64,000 bases of DNA from an uncultured virus (IMG/VR IMGVR_UViG_3300000956_000008) (lineage: Duplodnaviria; Heunggongvirae; Uroviricota; Caudoviricetes). The stretch lies in IMG/VR virus record IMGVR_UViG_3300000956_000008. One strand, written 5' to 3'. Positions 26,350 to 35,389 of this stretch are shown in pieces. The notes below the pieces were generated by a model that saw nothing but the letters and a program-made list of their open reading frames with translations, had not been told where the DNA came from and did no database searches. A program made the position numbers and the translations under genes. Position 1 is the stretch's first letter. Each line of letters starts with the position of its first letter.

Positions 26350-26675
26350 GCGTTATTTAAGATTGCAAATGGATTATCGTCAATCCAGATAGCAACCTTC
26401 ACTTTCTGTGCAGCCATGTAAACCTGCTTTGCTTGACCAGAAGTGTAATACACCTTGAAACCTTTGTCAACCAGAAATTGTAAATCTTCTGGATATGTCT
26501 GAGGCGTTCGCCACGTACACACAACCACGTGGTATCCGCCCTTCTCCAGAGCCAGCATCACCTGTAGCCATAGAGGTTCGTTATCACTGATCGTTTCGTC
26601 ATAGTCAATAGCTATGACGGGAGCGTCCCGCCCTAAGAAGTCTGTCCGTGCCCAAGGATCAAAACCCGGCATCAT
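26346..26675 (-). CDS. HAD-superfamily phosphatase-like protein
   Basis: IAIDYDETI (DxDxT), CTWR, IWIDDNP. Confidence 0.75.
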   Translation of the reverse strand: MMPGFDPWARTDFLGRDAPVIAIDYDETISDNEPLWLQVMLALEKGGYHVVVCTWRTPQTYPEDLQFLVDKGFKVYYTSGQAKQVYMAAQKVKVAIWIDDNPFAILNNA

Positions 26676-26863
26676 AACACCTGCTTGAAGTAGACCAGAT
26701 TACCGCAGAGTGTGCAAGCTGCTTTGTAGTAGGATTCATGATAATCACTCTCGTAAGTGAGATCACCTTGCTTAGCTTCGAACTCACTTTTACACGTGCC
26801 GCACCGTCCTGTGTACTTTCTCTCAGCAGGCAGCTCGCCTCTCTTTGTCATCACGATAGCCAT
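26672..26863 (-). CDS. small Zn-ribbon protein
   Basis: CGTC...CTLC. Confidence 0.7.
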   Translation of the reverse strand: MAIVMTKRGELPAERKYTGRCGTCKSEFEAKQGDLTYESDYHESYYKAACTLCGNLVYFKQVL

Positions 26864-27057
26864 TATTGAAACCTCAGCATGGACGTTTCCAGTTCACGCA
26901 CAATACCATCAGAACTCACCTGACGCAACACACGCAGGGCGAACTCACTGCCAGTCTCATGTATAGCAGGGTGCATATTATAGCCCAAGTCTTGCAGCAC
27001 AGCGGTACGCTCAGAAATCCGCAGTGCTTTGAATGCTGCCATCAGTTCGTTATTCAT
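26863..27057 (-). CDS. hypothetical protein
   Basis: Start MNNEL, coupled. Confidence 0.6.
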   Translation of the reverse strand: MNNELMAAFKALRISERTAVLQDLGYNMHPAIHETGSEFALRVLRQVSSDGIVRELETSMLRFQ

Positions 27058-27266
27058 TTGTATACCCCTTGTCTGTATTTGAGAACCAAGTGCTGCCTCA
27101 TGCACTCGTATCCAATTGGAATTCCTAAGCTGCTGTGTAGCAACTCACCACGCCCACCCGCTTTGACACAAGCCATCTTCATGTCATCGTAATGACTGGC
27201 CTGCACTACAAAGATGCTACCGAACATTGCCACAGCGAATAGCCCCAAGCCTACAACGAATTTCAT
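27054..27266 (-). CDS. small membrane-anchored protein
   Basis: N-terminal TM, C..AGG...C. Confidence 0.65.
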   Translation of the reverse strand: MKFVVGLGLFAVAMFGSIFVVQASHYDDMKMACVKAGGRGELLHSSLGIPIGYECMRQHLVLKYRQGVYK

Positions 27267-27472
27267 TTCCTGTTCCACCAAAGGGTTTTGCCTGTCAAGG
27301 CTTCATAAGCCTGCCTGTCCGCAAGGCGACATTTCTGTGTGAGATAAATAGGGTTGATACCCTTCTCCATGCAGTATGCCTTAGAATTGCAGGCCATGTC
27401 AAAGAATTCTACAAGATTTCCTTCACAATCTTCAAGAATGTAGCCATGCTCAGTCTTGATTAGCCACCACAT
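27263..27472 (-). CDS. hypothetical protein
   Basis: TAATG coupling. Confidence 0.6.
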   Translation of the reverse strand: MWWLIKTEHGYILEDCEGNLVEFFDMACNSKAYCMEKGINPIYLTQKCRLADRQAYEALTGKTLWWNRK

Positions 27473-28101
27473 TACAAGCCCCAAGCCTGCATGTTGGTGT
27501 AGATTACAGTGTTAGTCATGATCTGGTCAAGCAGAAACTCACGACTTCCCGTTTGGATTGTTAGGTCTTTGGTAATCAGAATGTTGCTTCGCGTCTCTAC
27601 ATCATTTGCCAGCACCATGTCAAGGTTGCTGTTGTGCATTGAGTTGAAGGCTTTAGCCACCTGTTCAACCTTGCTCGCATTGTGTGTGGTCTTGAAGCCA
27701 GCCACAATGATATCAGGACGACGTTGCTTGATGAGCGTCATCATCTTACCTTGCACACCCTTAAGGGTCACAGGGTAATCCTTAGAGCTTGATAGACGTG
27801 TCTCGTATGTGTATAGGTTGTCCACATAGAAATCACAGACAGCCGCATTCATGACGATGGCTTTAACGTCTTCATTTGGTAACAGCACATCAAGTATAAA
27901 GGTTTCAACGTCCTCATTGGTGAGCAGGGTGCTGTTCGAATCAGCCATCTTTGTCAAGATCAACTGGGGCTTAAGCGTGCCATTGTCTGCAAACATTGCG
28001 TGAAGCTTCTTAGCCGTACCACCAAAAGCTGGTGCAGCTAGCGCCAGATGGCAGGAAATAGGGTTGAACGTACCACCACCAATGATTACAACCTTGCTCA
28101 T
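27472..28101 (-). CDS. CoaB-like (phosphopantothenate-cysteine ligase, DFP C-terminal) protein
   Basis: IIGGGT, VMNAAVCDF, IVAGFKT, DMVLANDV match CoaB blocks. Confidence 0.75.
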   Translation of the reverse strand: MSKVVIIGGGTFNPISCHLALAAPAFGGTAKKLHAMFADNGTLKPQLILTKMADSNSTLLTNEDVETFILDVLLPNEDVKAIVMNAAVCDFYVDNLYTYETRLSSSKDYPVTLKGVQGKMMTLIKQRRPDIIVAGFKTTHNASKVEQVAKAFNSMHNSNLDMVLANDVETRSNILITKDLTIQTGSREFLLDQIMTNTVIYTNMQAWGL

Positions 28102-28409
28102 TTCTGCTCCTTTGCCCATTGGACAGCTCGTTTAATGACGTTCCCATGACAGGGATTTGGAGAACAATAACAGGCCAATCGTTTTCCGTCAAGGTCTTTC
28201 AGCATTTCGATTGTGATTATTCCTAATCGTATCTGCTTCCAAAGATAAATTCTGTACCTGATTATTGCATCCGCTACGCTCTCAACAATAATATCTGCCT
28301 TTGTCCCTTTCTTGTGGCTGAACGGGTTGCCCCATACACTGCCCCTTCCTATATAGACAACATCTGCATCTGTTTTGTCGATATTCCTTACGTTAACCAC
28401 TTGGCACAT
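28098..28409 (-). CDS. DUF4326-type protein
   Basis: VYIGRGSVWGNPF...LDGKRLACYCSPNPCHG. Confidence 0.85.
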   Translation of the reverse strand: MCQVVNVRNIDKTDADVVYIGRGSVWGNPFSHKKGTKADIIVESVADAIIRYRIYLWKQIRLGIITIEMLKDLDGKRLACYCSPNPCHGNVIKRAVQWAKEQK

Positions 28410-28411
28410 AC

Positions 28412-28706
28412 TTTGCTCCTATCCAAAATCAGTTTTGTGTTGTCGAGATAAACCAATCCCAAGGCTTGCCATACTGATTAACATCAGCCTCGACATGCCT
28501 ACAGGTTTATCTCATACGCTATCCAAAATTCAGATTGCGAGTCGGCAGCATGGGCTGCTATAGATTGTGGTCCTTCCTCTGTGTTAGAGTCCGCCGTTCT
28601 GTTCCCACATTCAACCTCAGTTGCCCCTAACGGCTTACCTCTTCATAGGGCGTACACTCGCAGGACGGTGAGTGAAGCCTTTCGGCTGACATGTCTCTCT
28701 GCGACG
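28412..28706 (-). ncRNA. putative structured leader or ncRNA
   Basis: About 300 nt with no credible ORF between a promoter and the DUF4326 start; several perfect inverted repeats. Confidence 0.4.
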
Positions 28707-28711
28707 GATGA

Positions 28712-28771
28712 ATAGTAACACGGAAATTCTTTGTGTCAAGGGCTTGACAGCTTTCCTTTTTCGTATAAGAT
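28712..28771. promoter_or_regulatory. divergent sigma70 promoters sharing palindrome TGTCAAGGGCTTGACA
   Basis: Minus: TTGACA-N16-TACTAT; plus: TTGACA-N16-TAAGAT. Confidence 0.8.
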
Positions 28772-28800
28772 GGCGGCACATTAACGACGGAGGACACAAC

Positions 28801-28944
28801 ATGAAGCACACAACCCTACCACCAGTACAAACCAAGCCTCTGTCTGCTGCACAGATGCGAATCAGTGAATCGAAGCGTAACCAAGCAGTGCGTAAGAAGG
28901 CAACACAGATTGGTTATGTAGTAGGTGCAAACATCGGAAATTAA
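28801..28944 (+). CDS. 47-aa basic peptide
   Basis: GGAGG RBS directly after promoter. Confidence 0.6.
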   Translation: MKHTTLPPVQTKPLSAAQMRISESKRNQAVRKKATQIGYVVGANIGN

Positions 28945-28958
28945 TTTTCCAAAAGGTG

Positions 28959-28986
28959 TTGACAAGAATCAAAATTGCTATAGAAT
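28959..28986 (+). promoter_or_regulatory. promoter TTGACA-N16-TAGAAT
   Basis: Read directly. Confidence 0.75.
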
Positions 28987-29021
28987 GGCCCACACTTAAA
29001 CACACAAAGGAGAAACAAAAT

Positions 29022-29378
29022 ATGTCTAAAGTTACTATTGCTGCTGCTGTCCTCGCTGGTCTGACTCTCTCGGATCGTCTGGTTGAACTGGGTGTTCAAG
29101 ACGAAGCCGTCTTCAAAGCTATTGGCGACCTTGCCGGTGCTCTGGGTGAAGTGATGGCTGTCACTGAAAAGGTTGACCTCGCTGTTGGTCTTGTCTCTGC
29201 CGCTCAACTGGCAGACGACGAAGACACTGTAATGCGTGGTCTGGCTGCTATCAAGGCTGTGACTTCTGATCTGGTGTCTGACCAAGACAAGATCATGGCA
29301 GCAATGCTGGGCGACATGTCGGAAGAAGAAGCCATCATGATGCGTCTGCTGGCTGAACTCGGCGCTGCTCTGCGTTAA
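29022..29378 (+). CDS. Ala-rich helical hypothetical protein
   Basis: AAGGAG RBS; followed by terminator. Confidence 0.8.
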   Translation: MSKVTIAAAVLAGLTLSDRLVELGVQDEAVFKAIGDLAGALGEVMAVTEKVDLAVGLVSAAQLADDEDTVMRGLAAIKAVTSDLVSDQDKIMAAMLGDMSEEEAIMMRLLAELGAALR

Positions 29379-29388
29379 GAAACACTCT

Positions 29389-29413
29389 TGCCCCCTGCAA
29401 CGGGGGCATTTTT
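29389..29413 (+). terminator. intrinsic terminator
   Basis: TGCCCC-TGCAAC-GGGGCA-TTTTT. Confidence 0.8.
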
Positions 29414-29436
29414 ACGCCCTAATTTAAGGAGATTTT

Positions 29437-30579
29437 ATGTCTGAACGTGCTCTTGCCCGTGTTGTTACCATTGACGAACTGGTTGCCATTGAAGGCGCTG
29501 ATCGTATCGAGCTGGCTATCGTTGGTGGTTGGCAGGTTGTTGTACAGAAGGGTTTGTACGAGCCAAATAAAACATTGGCCGTATATTTCGAAGTGGATTC
29601 CCTGCTGGATAGTGAGCGCCCATACTTCAACGATACTGCAAACTGGAGTTCTAAACTACTCCATAGTGTGGATGGCCGTACTCATGCACGGGTCAAAACC
29701 ATGAAGCTGCGTAAGCAACTCTCTCAGGGTTATATGATCCCTCTGTCTGAAACTGGTCTAACTGCAAAGGTTGGTGATAACCTTACCAAAGACCTCGGCG
29801 TCATCAAGTACGAAAAAGCCGAAGAAGCCAGCATGAACAACTCCGGTGGCACTGGTGTCAAGTCGGGTACATCGGCTCTGGGCTTCCCTAAGATGATCCC
29901 TAAGACTGACCAAACCCGAGTGCAGAACATCACTCACATGTACAACAAAGCTGTTGAAGAAGGGGAAGAATTTGAAGAGTCGTTCAAGTTGGACGGAAGC
30001 TCTCTTACTGCGTTTGTTCATGACGGCGTGGCTGGTGTCGCTTCTCGTAACGTCGGTTTTCGGGTTGAAGCCGAAACACGCACTTTGGTTGCTACTATCA
30101 AGCGTTTCATTTCTCATGTGCGGACTCGCGGTCTACGTGCTGCAAAGTGGGAGCGTGTAATCCCTAAAGACGACAATCAGTTCACTCAGATTGTTGCTGA
30201 GCAAGGCATCATCGAAGCGATTCGTCGCGATGGCCGTAACATCGCTGTACAAGGTGAGCTGGTTGGTCCTTCGATTCAGAAGAACTTTGAAGGCATGGAC
30301 AAGAACACCTTCTTCTGCTACGATGTGTACTTGATTGATGAGCAGCGTTACATGCTGCCTGCTGAGCGACTTGAGTTCTGCACTGATCAAGGCGTGAAGC
30401 ATGTGCCGATCAACTTCACTGGTAAGCTGCAAGCTCCAGATGTTGCAGGTGCTATCACCCGTGCAGACGGTCCCTCTGGACTGAAAGGTAAGTACCGTGA
30501 AGGCTTCGTGTACAAATCGACCACTCGCGACTTCTCGTTCAAAGTGATCAGCAACGCCTACTTGCTCAAGGAGGAATGA
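29437..30579 (+). CDS. RNA ligase (Rnl2/DRB0094-type with N-terminal OB domain)
   Basis: KLDGSS adenylation motif, QGELVG, FCYD, REGFV, FKVIS. Confidence 0.92.
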   Translation: MSERALARVVTIDELVAIEGADRIELAIVGGWQVVVQKGLYEPNKTLAVYFEVDSLLDSERPYFNDTANWSSKLLHSVDGRTHARVKTMKLRKQLSQGYMIPLSETGLTAKVGDNLTKDLGVIKYEKAEEASMNNSGGTGVKSGTSALGFPKMIPKTDQTRVQNITHMYNKAVEEGEEFEESFKLDGSSLTAFVHDGVAGVASRNVGFRVEAETRTLVATIKRFISHVRTRGLRAAKWERVIPKDDNQFTQIVAEQGIIEAIRRDGRNIAVQGELVGPSIQKNFEGMDKNTFFCYDVYLIDEQRYMLPAERLEFCTDQGVKHVPINFTGKLQAPDVAGAITRADGPSGLKGKYREGFVYKSTTRDFSFKVISNAYLLKEE

Positions 30580-30773
30580 TGGAGTACGCTACTACAATTG
30601 GGGTAGACGGCCTTAAGTTCACAGACCGTTGGAACGATGAGTTACTTGTCGAGTTTAACAGCCAAGGTCGTATCGAAGTTTCAGTGCAAGGAACTTATGT
30701 CCTTCTTGAGAAGCCTCAAGTTTTAGACTTGATCCAAAACCTCGTAAAACACATAACAGATATGGGAGAGTGA
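30576..30773 (+). CDS. hypothetical protein
   Basis: ATGA overlap. Confidence 0.65.
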   Translation: MMEYATTIGVDGLKFTDRWNDELLVEFNSQGRIEVSVQGTYVLLEKPQVLDLIQNLVKHITDMGE

Positions 30774-30774
30774 A

Positions 30775-30963
30775 ATGGTTAAGGTTGTGGAAGTGGCACC
30801 TGCTAAGCGTACTACTTGTTATAATTGTCGTGCTATTCTTGAGTACAATTTCTCTGACATTGCTGAAGAGTGCGTGCGTGATTATACTGGTTGTAGTGAT
30901 ACGTACTATCGTATTGTGTGCCCAGTTTGTAACCTGAAAAACAATGTAAGTCGCTGGCGTTAA
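30775..30963 (+). CDS. small Zn-ribbon protein
   Basis: CYNC...CPVC. Confidence 0.7.
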   Translation: MVKVVEVAPAKRTTCYNCRAILEYNFSDIAEECVRDYTGCSDTYYRIVCPVCNLKNNVSRWR

Positions 30964-30974
30964 TTCGTAGGCAA

Positions 30975-31010
30975 ACAAAAGGCCCGAAGCATCACTGCTT
31001 ACGGGCCTTC
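30975..31010. terminator. hairpin between convergent transcription units
   Basis: AAGGCCCG...CGGGCCTT flanked by A/T tracts. Confidence 0.6.
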
Positions 31011-31315
31011 ATTCTTTCTCTAAGGTCATCAATCTCACGTCTATTCCTTTTAACGTCATCATCCAGCAACTCGTATCTCTTATTCGCTAGAAACTGCAAA
31101 GAAGTTACTTGTTCCTGAAGGTTGTTGATTTTTGATTCATACTTCCTGTCGATGGCCGAGAGCTGTCTCTGGTAATCCTGCTTCGCTACTTCCAACTCTA
31201 GTTGGCTCGTTTTGTTATTATATGTGGGGAAAGCCAGAAGATACATGCAAAATAGGAGTGCTGCAAGAAGACTACCAACTGCGGCCATCCAAGGCCATTC
31301 TGTTCTTCTTGTCAT
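30992..31315 (-). CDS. TM + coiled-coil protein, lysis cassette
   Basis: Start MTRRT after AGGAG; one TM. Confidence 0.65.
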   Translation of the reverse strand: MTRRTEWPWMAAVGSLLAALLFCMYLLAFPTYNNKTSQLELEVAKQDYQRQLSAIDRKYESKINNLQEQVTSLQFLANKRYELLDDDVKRNRREIDDLRERMKARKQ

Positions 31316-31328
31316 AATGAGACTCCTG

Positions 31329-31625
31329 TTAGTTCTTGTTGTGACTGCCCTCAAGTTTGTCCATTACACGTTCCAACCACTTGTTCGTAATTTGTTGCTC
31401 GTTACGAATGCTTGTGATCTTGGTGTCCATTTCGGAAGACAGCCTGTTGATTGCTGTATTAAGTTTATCTTCAGTTACAGTAGTTGCCTGCAATGTGTAG
31501 AGCCTGTCGTCCAGCTTATTGATTTGAGATTGCTGGTATCCCACAACACCTACACAAATCATTAGTAGAGCGCCTGCTACATAGTTGAGTACGGCCTTAA
31601 CCATGTCATTTGTTGCCGCTGCCAT
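31329..31625 (-). CDS. TM + coiled-coil protein, lysis cassette (holin/antiholin candidate)
   Basis: One N-terminal TM; AGGAG RBS. Confidence 0.6.
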   Translation of the reverse strand: MAAATNDMVKAVLNYVAGALLMICVGVVGYQQSQINKLDDRLYTLQATTVTEDKLNTAINRLSSEMDTKITSIRNEQQITNKWLERVMDKLEGSHNKN

Positions 31626-31899
31626 AAAGTTTCTCCTGCTGTTCTAGCCAATCTTTGTACGATTGAATTTTGTTATTACACTTCCATACTTCGAATATAT
31701 TGACCACGTAACCGTGGGCCAATGCACGAACAGTGTCTTCCGTAACACGTTCTGGGACACATGCTGTAAGCATGTCACTTGGTGGGTGTAGCACAACCGT
31801 CTTTGTCACCGTGACAGTATGCTGCGTCGAGCAACTGCATAAGGTCAGGACTAAGGCGGTCATCATCAGAAAAGCCCTGAGGCTTCGTAGGAGCTGCAT
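31606..31899 (-). CDS. o-spanin (Rz1-like lipoprotein)
   Basis: Lipobox LCSC, PPSDMLTAC, CNNK; overlaps i-spanin 3' end; exact start uncertain. Confidence 0.75.
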   Translation of the reverse strand: MQLLRSLRAFLMMTALVLTLCSCSTQHTVTVTKTVVLHPPSDMLTACVPERVTEDTVRALAHGYVVNIFEVWKCNNKIQSYKDWLEQQEKLYGSGNK

Positions 31900-32197
31900 T
31901 AGCTTTCTCCTTGATAGTCAGTGTAGGTAGAGCGAGGATCGCGTCTCCTGTGGCCTGCTGGTTAGTGTTGAGGACATTCTCTTTGCGGTAGTGCTCAGAC
32001 AAAGCGTCAATCGATATCAGACAGGAGGCTTTCGCCTGTTCTGTTGCTTTCTCGTTAGCTTCAACGGCAGCCATGTATACCGACACTTCCTGTTCAAGCC
32101 TTTGAACGTCTCCGTGTAGTTTGTACGAATACCCTACGATGGAGAGTGTCAATACGACAAACCCCACCATCAAGTATGTTTTAAGAGTTGCTAGCAT
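31775..32197 (-). CDS. i-spanin (Rz-like)
   Basis: N-terminal TM plus coiled coil with Cys residues. Confidence 0.75.
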   Translation of the reverse strand: MLATLKTYLMVGFVVLTLSIVGYSYKLHGDVQRLEQEVSVYMAAVEANEKATEQAKASCLISIDALSEHYRKENVLNTNQQATGDAILALPTLTIKEKANAAPTKPQGFSDDDRLSPDLMQLLDAAYCHGDKDGCATPTK

Positions 32198-32378
32198 CTT
32201 CTTCTCCTTTCTCAGTTGTAGTGTAGTAGACCAAACCAGCTCGCACTATAGCTACGAATGTTGCAATCCCTGCATATGATCCTTGTGGGAGAAGAGGTTG
32301 CCACAACATCATCAATGGCTCAGCGGCTAAAAATATAGCCGCTGTAATACCAAGTGCCATCTTCATTTTCTTTGACAT
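32181..32378 (-). CDS. putative holin (2 TM)
   Basis: MSKKMKM basic start, 2 TM, charged tail, upstream of spanins. Confidence 0.6.
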   Translation of the reverse strand: MSKKMKMALGITAAIFLAAEPLMMLWQPLLPQGSYAGIATFVAIVRAGLVYYTTTEKGEEDASNS

Positions 32379-32400
32379 GTGGAAACCTCCGTTATTAGTT

Positions 32401-34491
32401 TTATGTTGCTAGGTTTGGCATTGCCCTGAAGCTGGCGGTAGTTCCAGCCAGTCCAGACGAAGTACACATCCAACCCATAGGGTTGTTAGGTGTTGGACCT
32501 GTTTGCCAAATCTTAGTACCTGCTGTGTAGTAGAATCCGTTAACCGGTTGTACTGTCGAGAAGTGTTCGGTGCAACTGACCAGTACCCACTCAACTGCGG
32601 AAGCACCTACTTGCCAAATTCTCAAAAGGGTTAGAATCCCAAACTGCGGTACAGTTATAGAACCAAGTCCATTCAGGGAAATATTACCAGTGTTGGTAAG
32701 TGTGATTGTACCATTGAGTGGTCGAATTACGACAACTTCACCCGGAGCAGCAGTTCCCTTCAAACTTGTTAGCTTTATTGTAGCATCTGCTGCTGGGTTT
32801 ACCACTACAAACTTGTGAGCCTGTAGGTCAAGTGTGGACCCTGTAATTGTTAAAGTTTTAAATGAAGCTGGTTTGTATTTACCAGTTGCATCCCCAGAAG
32901 GCATGCCTTTGACATTAAGTCCAAGGATGTTGTTAAAGTCTACAGATGGGTTGATGTAGTTATCTACAATACCGTATGGCTCATTGTTATGTTCGAATGA
33001 TAGATAGGCGTTACCACTTAGACTGTACAGGTATCCGCTGCCCGCTGCCCCAAATGTCCCACCATCTGCTGCGTTAGCTAGGTGGTTCTTAGATGCGTAC
33101 ACTTTAGCATTCGCAGCAAGAGTAAATAGTTTTCCAATACGTTCAAACCAACATTCATCAAAGAAGACTGCCCTGCAATTACGAGCGAAAGCACCTTCTT
33201 GTGATTTCTGCATGGAGAATTCAGCACCAAAGGTTACGTTGATTGGAGCTTGAACAGCATTACCTTGTCCCGGTAAATCGTTAATGTTCTCGCCAAACCA
33301 ACCATCATCAGCCATTGTAGATGGGTCTGGGTCCCAATCCAAAGACACACAGCGAAGTGCTACTACACCATCACGACCTTCTGCTGCACCACCAATGAAT
33401 TCAATTTGACCATGTTGACCAGTCATGCGTAGGGCTTCACCATCAGTCGGAACTTGAATGAACACTTGGTAGAACTTCAGGAATTGAATAGGGCGCTGAT
33501 AGTTTGCATTTGTGTATCCACCACGCGTCCACACCCCAAAGTTGAAGTTCGAGAATCTGATATCCGTGTGGTTTGAATACCACAACCCACCGTGAATATG
33601 TCCAGCATCCCACTTAGCCTTGATGTACATACCCCATTGTGTAGGGTTTACATTTGGTTGTGCAAAGCCTTGAACTGTACTTCCCATGACATGGATACCA
33701 GTCATATGGGATGCAGATACTGCCCCATCTTCAATTTCCAAATACCCGTAAGTTCCACCGGGGTTAAACGAAAGTGCGGTGAAATAAGTAGAACTCGATC
33801 CATCCCCAAGCAGAGACACAGAGTGGCGTCTAATGATTCTAGTATGCGGGTAACTACCTGCGGGGAATCTCACAGTCCCACCACCGAACGACTTAACATC
33901 CGAGATAGCTTGAGCTGTGGCTGCTGTCCAATCCCATTGAGAGGGTGGCACTACTCCAGTTGGATCGTACCCGGTTGCTAAACTAGCATACTCCCAGATA
34001 TTAACTACTAGCCCAGAGAGTGCCAGATTAACAGTTTCAATTTCTTTAGAGAGTGGAGCCCTCTTAAACCCGACAAGACTAGCACCCTTGGTTGTATCCA
34101 AGTTGTCAGATAGATCATCTGCACTAACTCTTGAGTTTAATTCCTCATTTGTTGTGTACTGCGGGTGTGGGTCCGGTGCAGCAACGTGTGCAGCTATAGC
34201 AGACGTTGCACGTCCTGCCGGATCAGCGCCAACCTCAGAGTAAGTTGGCATTCTGTGGGAGTGGTCGGCCCTAGACGCTGAAGTTGAAACTCCTGCACTG
34301 GGTACTGTGTTCAAGTTAACTGGTGGAGTGCTAGATAGTGGAGTGGAACTAGCCTTCAAGTAATCCATGAAGTCTTGCATCGTACCTACGTTACCAAGAC
34401 TCAACCAGTTCTGATATGCATCATCACCAGTATCACCTTTAACGCCTTGTGGTCCTTTTACATAAACTGTGATATCTGTAATTTCTGCCAT
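32401..34491 (-). CDS. tailspike / beta-helix polysaccharide depolymerase
   Basis: Start MAEIT; GPQGVKGDTG, DPHPQY anchors; DWTAATAQAI...GGGTVRFPAGSY beta-helix cap. Confidence 0.8.
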   Translation of the reverse strand: MAEITDITVYVKGPQGVKGDTGDDAYQNWLSLGNVGTMQDFMDYLKASSTPLSSTPPVNLNTVPSAGVSTSASRADHSHRMPTYSEVGADPAGRATSAIAAHVAAPDPHPQYTTNEELNSRVSADDLSDNLDTTKGASLVGFKRAPLSKEIETVNLALSGLVVNIWEYASLATGYDPTGVVPPSQWDWTAATAQAISDVKSFGGGTVRFPAGSYPHTRIIRRHSVSLLGDGSSSTYFTALSFNPGGTYGYLEIEDGAVSASHMTGIHVMGSTVQGFAQPNVNPTQWGMYIKAKWDAGHIHGGLWYSNHTDIRFSNFNFGVWTRGGYTNANYQRPIQFLKFYQVFIQVPTDGEALRMTGQHGQIEFIGGAAEGRDGVVALRCVSLDWDPDPSTMADDGWFGENINDLPGQGNAVQAPINVTFGAEFSMQKSQEGAFARNCRAVFFDECWFERIGKLFTLAANAKVYASKNHLANAADGGTFGAAGSGYLYSLSGNAYLSFEHNNEPYGIVDNYINPSVDFNNILGLNVKGMPSGDATGKYKPASFKTLTITGSTLDLQAHKFVVVNPAADATIKLTSLKGTAAPGEVVVIRPLNGTITLTNTGNISLNGLGSITVPQFGILTLLRIWQVGASAVEWVLVSCTEHFSTVQPVNGFYYTAGTKIWQTGPTPNNPMGWMCTSSGLAGTTASFRAMPNLAT

Positions 34492-34492
34492 T

Positions 34493-34819
34493 TTAAATCT
34501 CCGTGACACTTGGGAGTGTCTTGAAAGTTCCATAGATAATCTTGTAGGACTCTCCATCAGCTTCAGTCACGAACAAATCGTACACAGAGAAACTGATAGC
34601 ATCCTCTAAAGATTCATCTGGAATATTTAGTACAATGACATCCTCACCTTCAAAAGAAAGACCAGATGTCAAATCTAGAGTCAAGAGTGCAACAGTATCA
34701 CCGTACTTACTCTTGACTTGCATCTTTGCAGTAGCACCTACGAGGTTCAAACCGACAGCTTGAATACGACGCTCGTATGTGTCGCGTTGTTGTGTAACAA
34801 TGTCGTACTTGACAGCCAT
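34493..34819 (-). CDS. putative tailspike adaptor (BppU-like beta sandwich)
   Basis: NLVGATAKMQVK...YDLFV...IIYGTF pattern; directly upstream of tailspike. Confidence 0.6.
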   Translation of the reverse strand: MAVKYDIVTQQRDTYERRIQAVGLNLVGATAKMQVKSKYGDTVALLTLDLTSGLSFEGEDVIVLNIPDESLEDAISFSVYDLFVTEADGESYKIIYGTFKTLPSVTEI

Positions 34820-34830
34820 CTGGTGTCTCC

Positions 34831-35388
34831 TTATGTAAAGCTGGCGTATGCCTCTGCCAGCTTCGTATCGTAGTTATTTTTCTTGTAGTCTGGCCCGTTA
34901 TACAGCTTGGCAAACTTGGCCCATTCTTTCGCTTTGAGGGCTGCCAGCATACCCGGATTGATTTTGATGAATCTCACAAACATATCCAGTTGACTGCCTT
35001 CGCTTTTATACGCAGCATTGACGAATGCTTGTACACTTGGATATCCCAGAGCCTTCCAATGGAAGCCCATGATTTGGAACAATCCCCAAGAGCAGGATTG
35101 CAATGCACATTCGCGATCAATCGCTACAGCCTTCTCAAGCCTTGCGTGTTCAGCCGCACCACCTTTGTAACCTCCTGCCTTGGGGTCTACAACGTCGCTC
35201 AGGGCTGGCTCTTTACCAAGCTTAGCCTTGAGTAGTTTGTACATCCAATGACGCTCAAAGAGGATCACAGGAGCCCCAGAAGGGAGGAAGCCGCTTCCAC
35301 GGCTCTCCACTTTGGTGACTGCTTTAACACAGGCAACTTCAACCCCAAGGGTTTCAGCAGCTTGTTTGTAGTCGTTGTCTGTTAGCAT
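34831..35388 (-). CDS. endolysin, N-acetylmuramidase (DUF3380-type)
   Basis: VESRGSGF, ILFERH, SWGLFQIMGFH, YNG, Y..N.YD.KL; start MLTDND. Confidence 0.92.
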   Translation of the reverse strand: MLTDNDYKQAAETLGVEVACVKAVTKVESRGSGFLPSGAPVILFERHWMYKLLKAKLGKEPALSDVVDPKAGGYKGGAAEHARLEKAVAIDRECALQSCSWGLFQIMGFHWKALGYPSVQAFVNAAYKSEGSQLDMFVRFIKINPGMLAALKAKEWAKFAKLYNGPDYKKNNYDTKLAEAYASFT

Positions 35389-35389
35389 A

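Noticed and set aside
28560..28600. GAGGAAGGACC as an RNase P RNA signature
   Set aside because: Only a partial match to GAGGAAAGUCC; the complementary 3' P4 motif was not found
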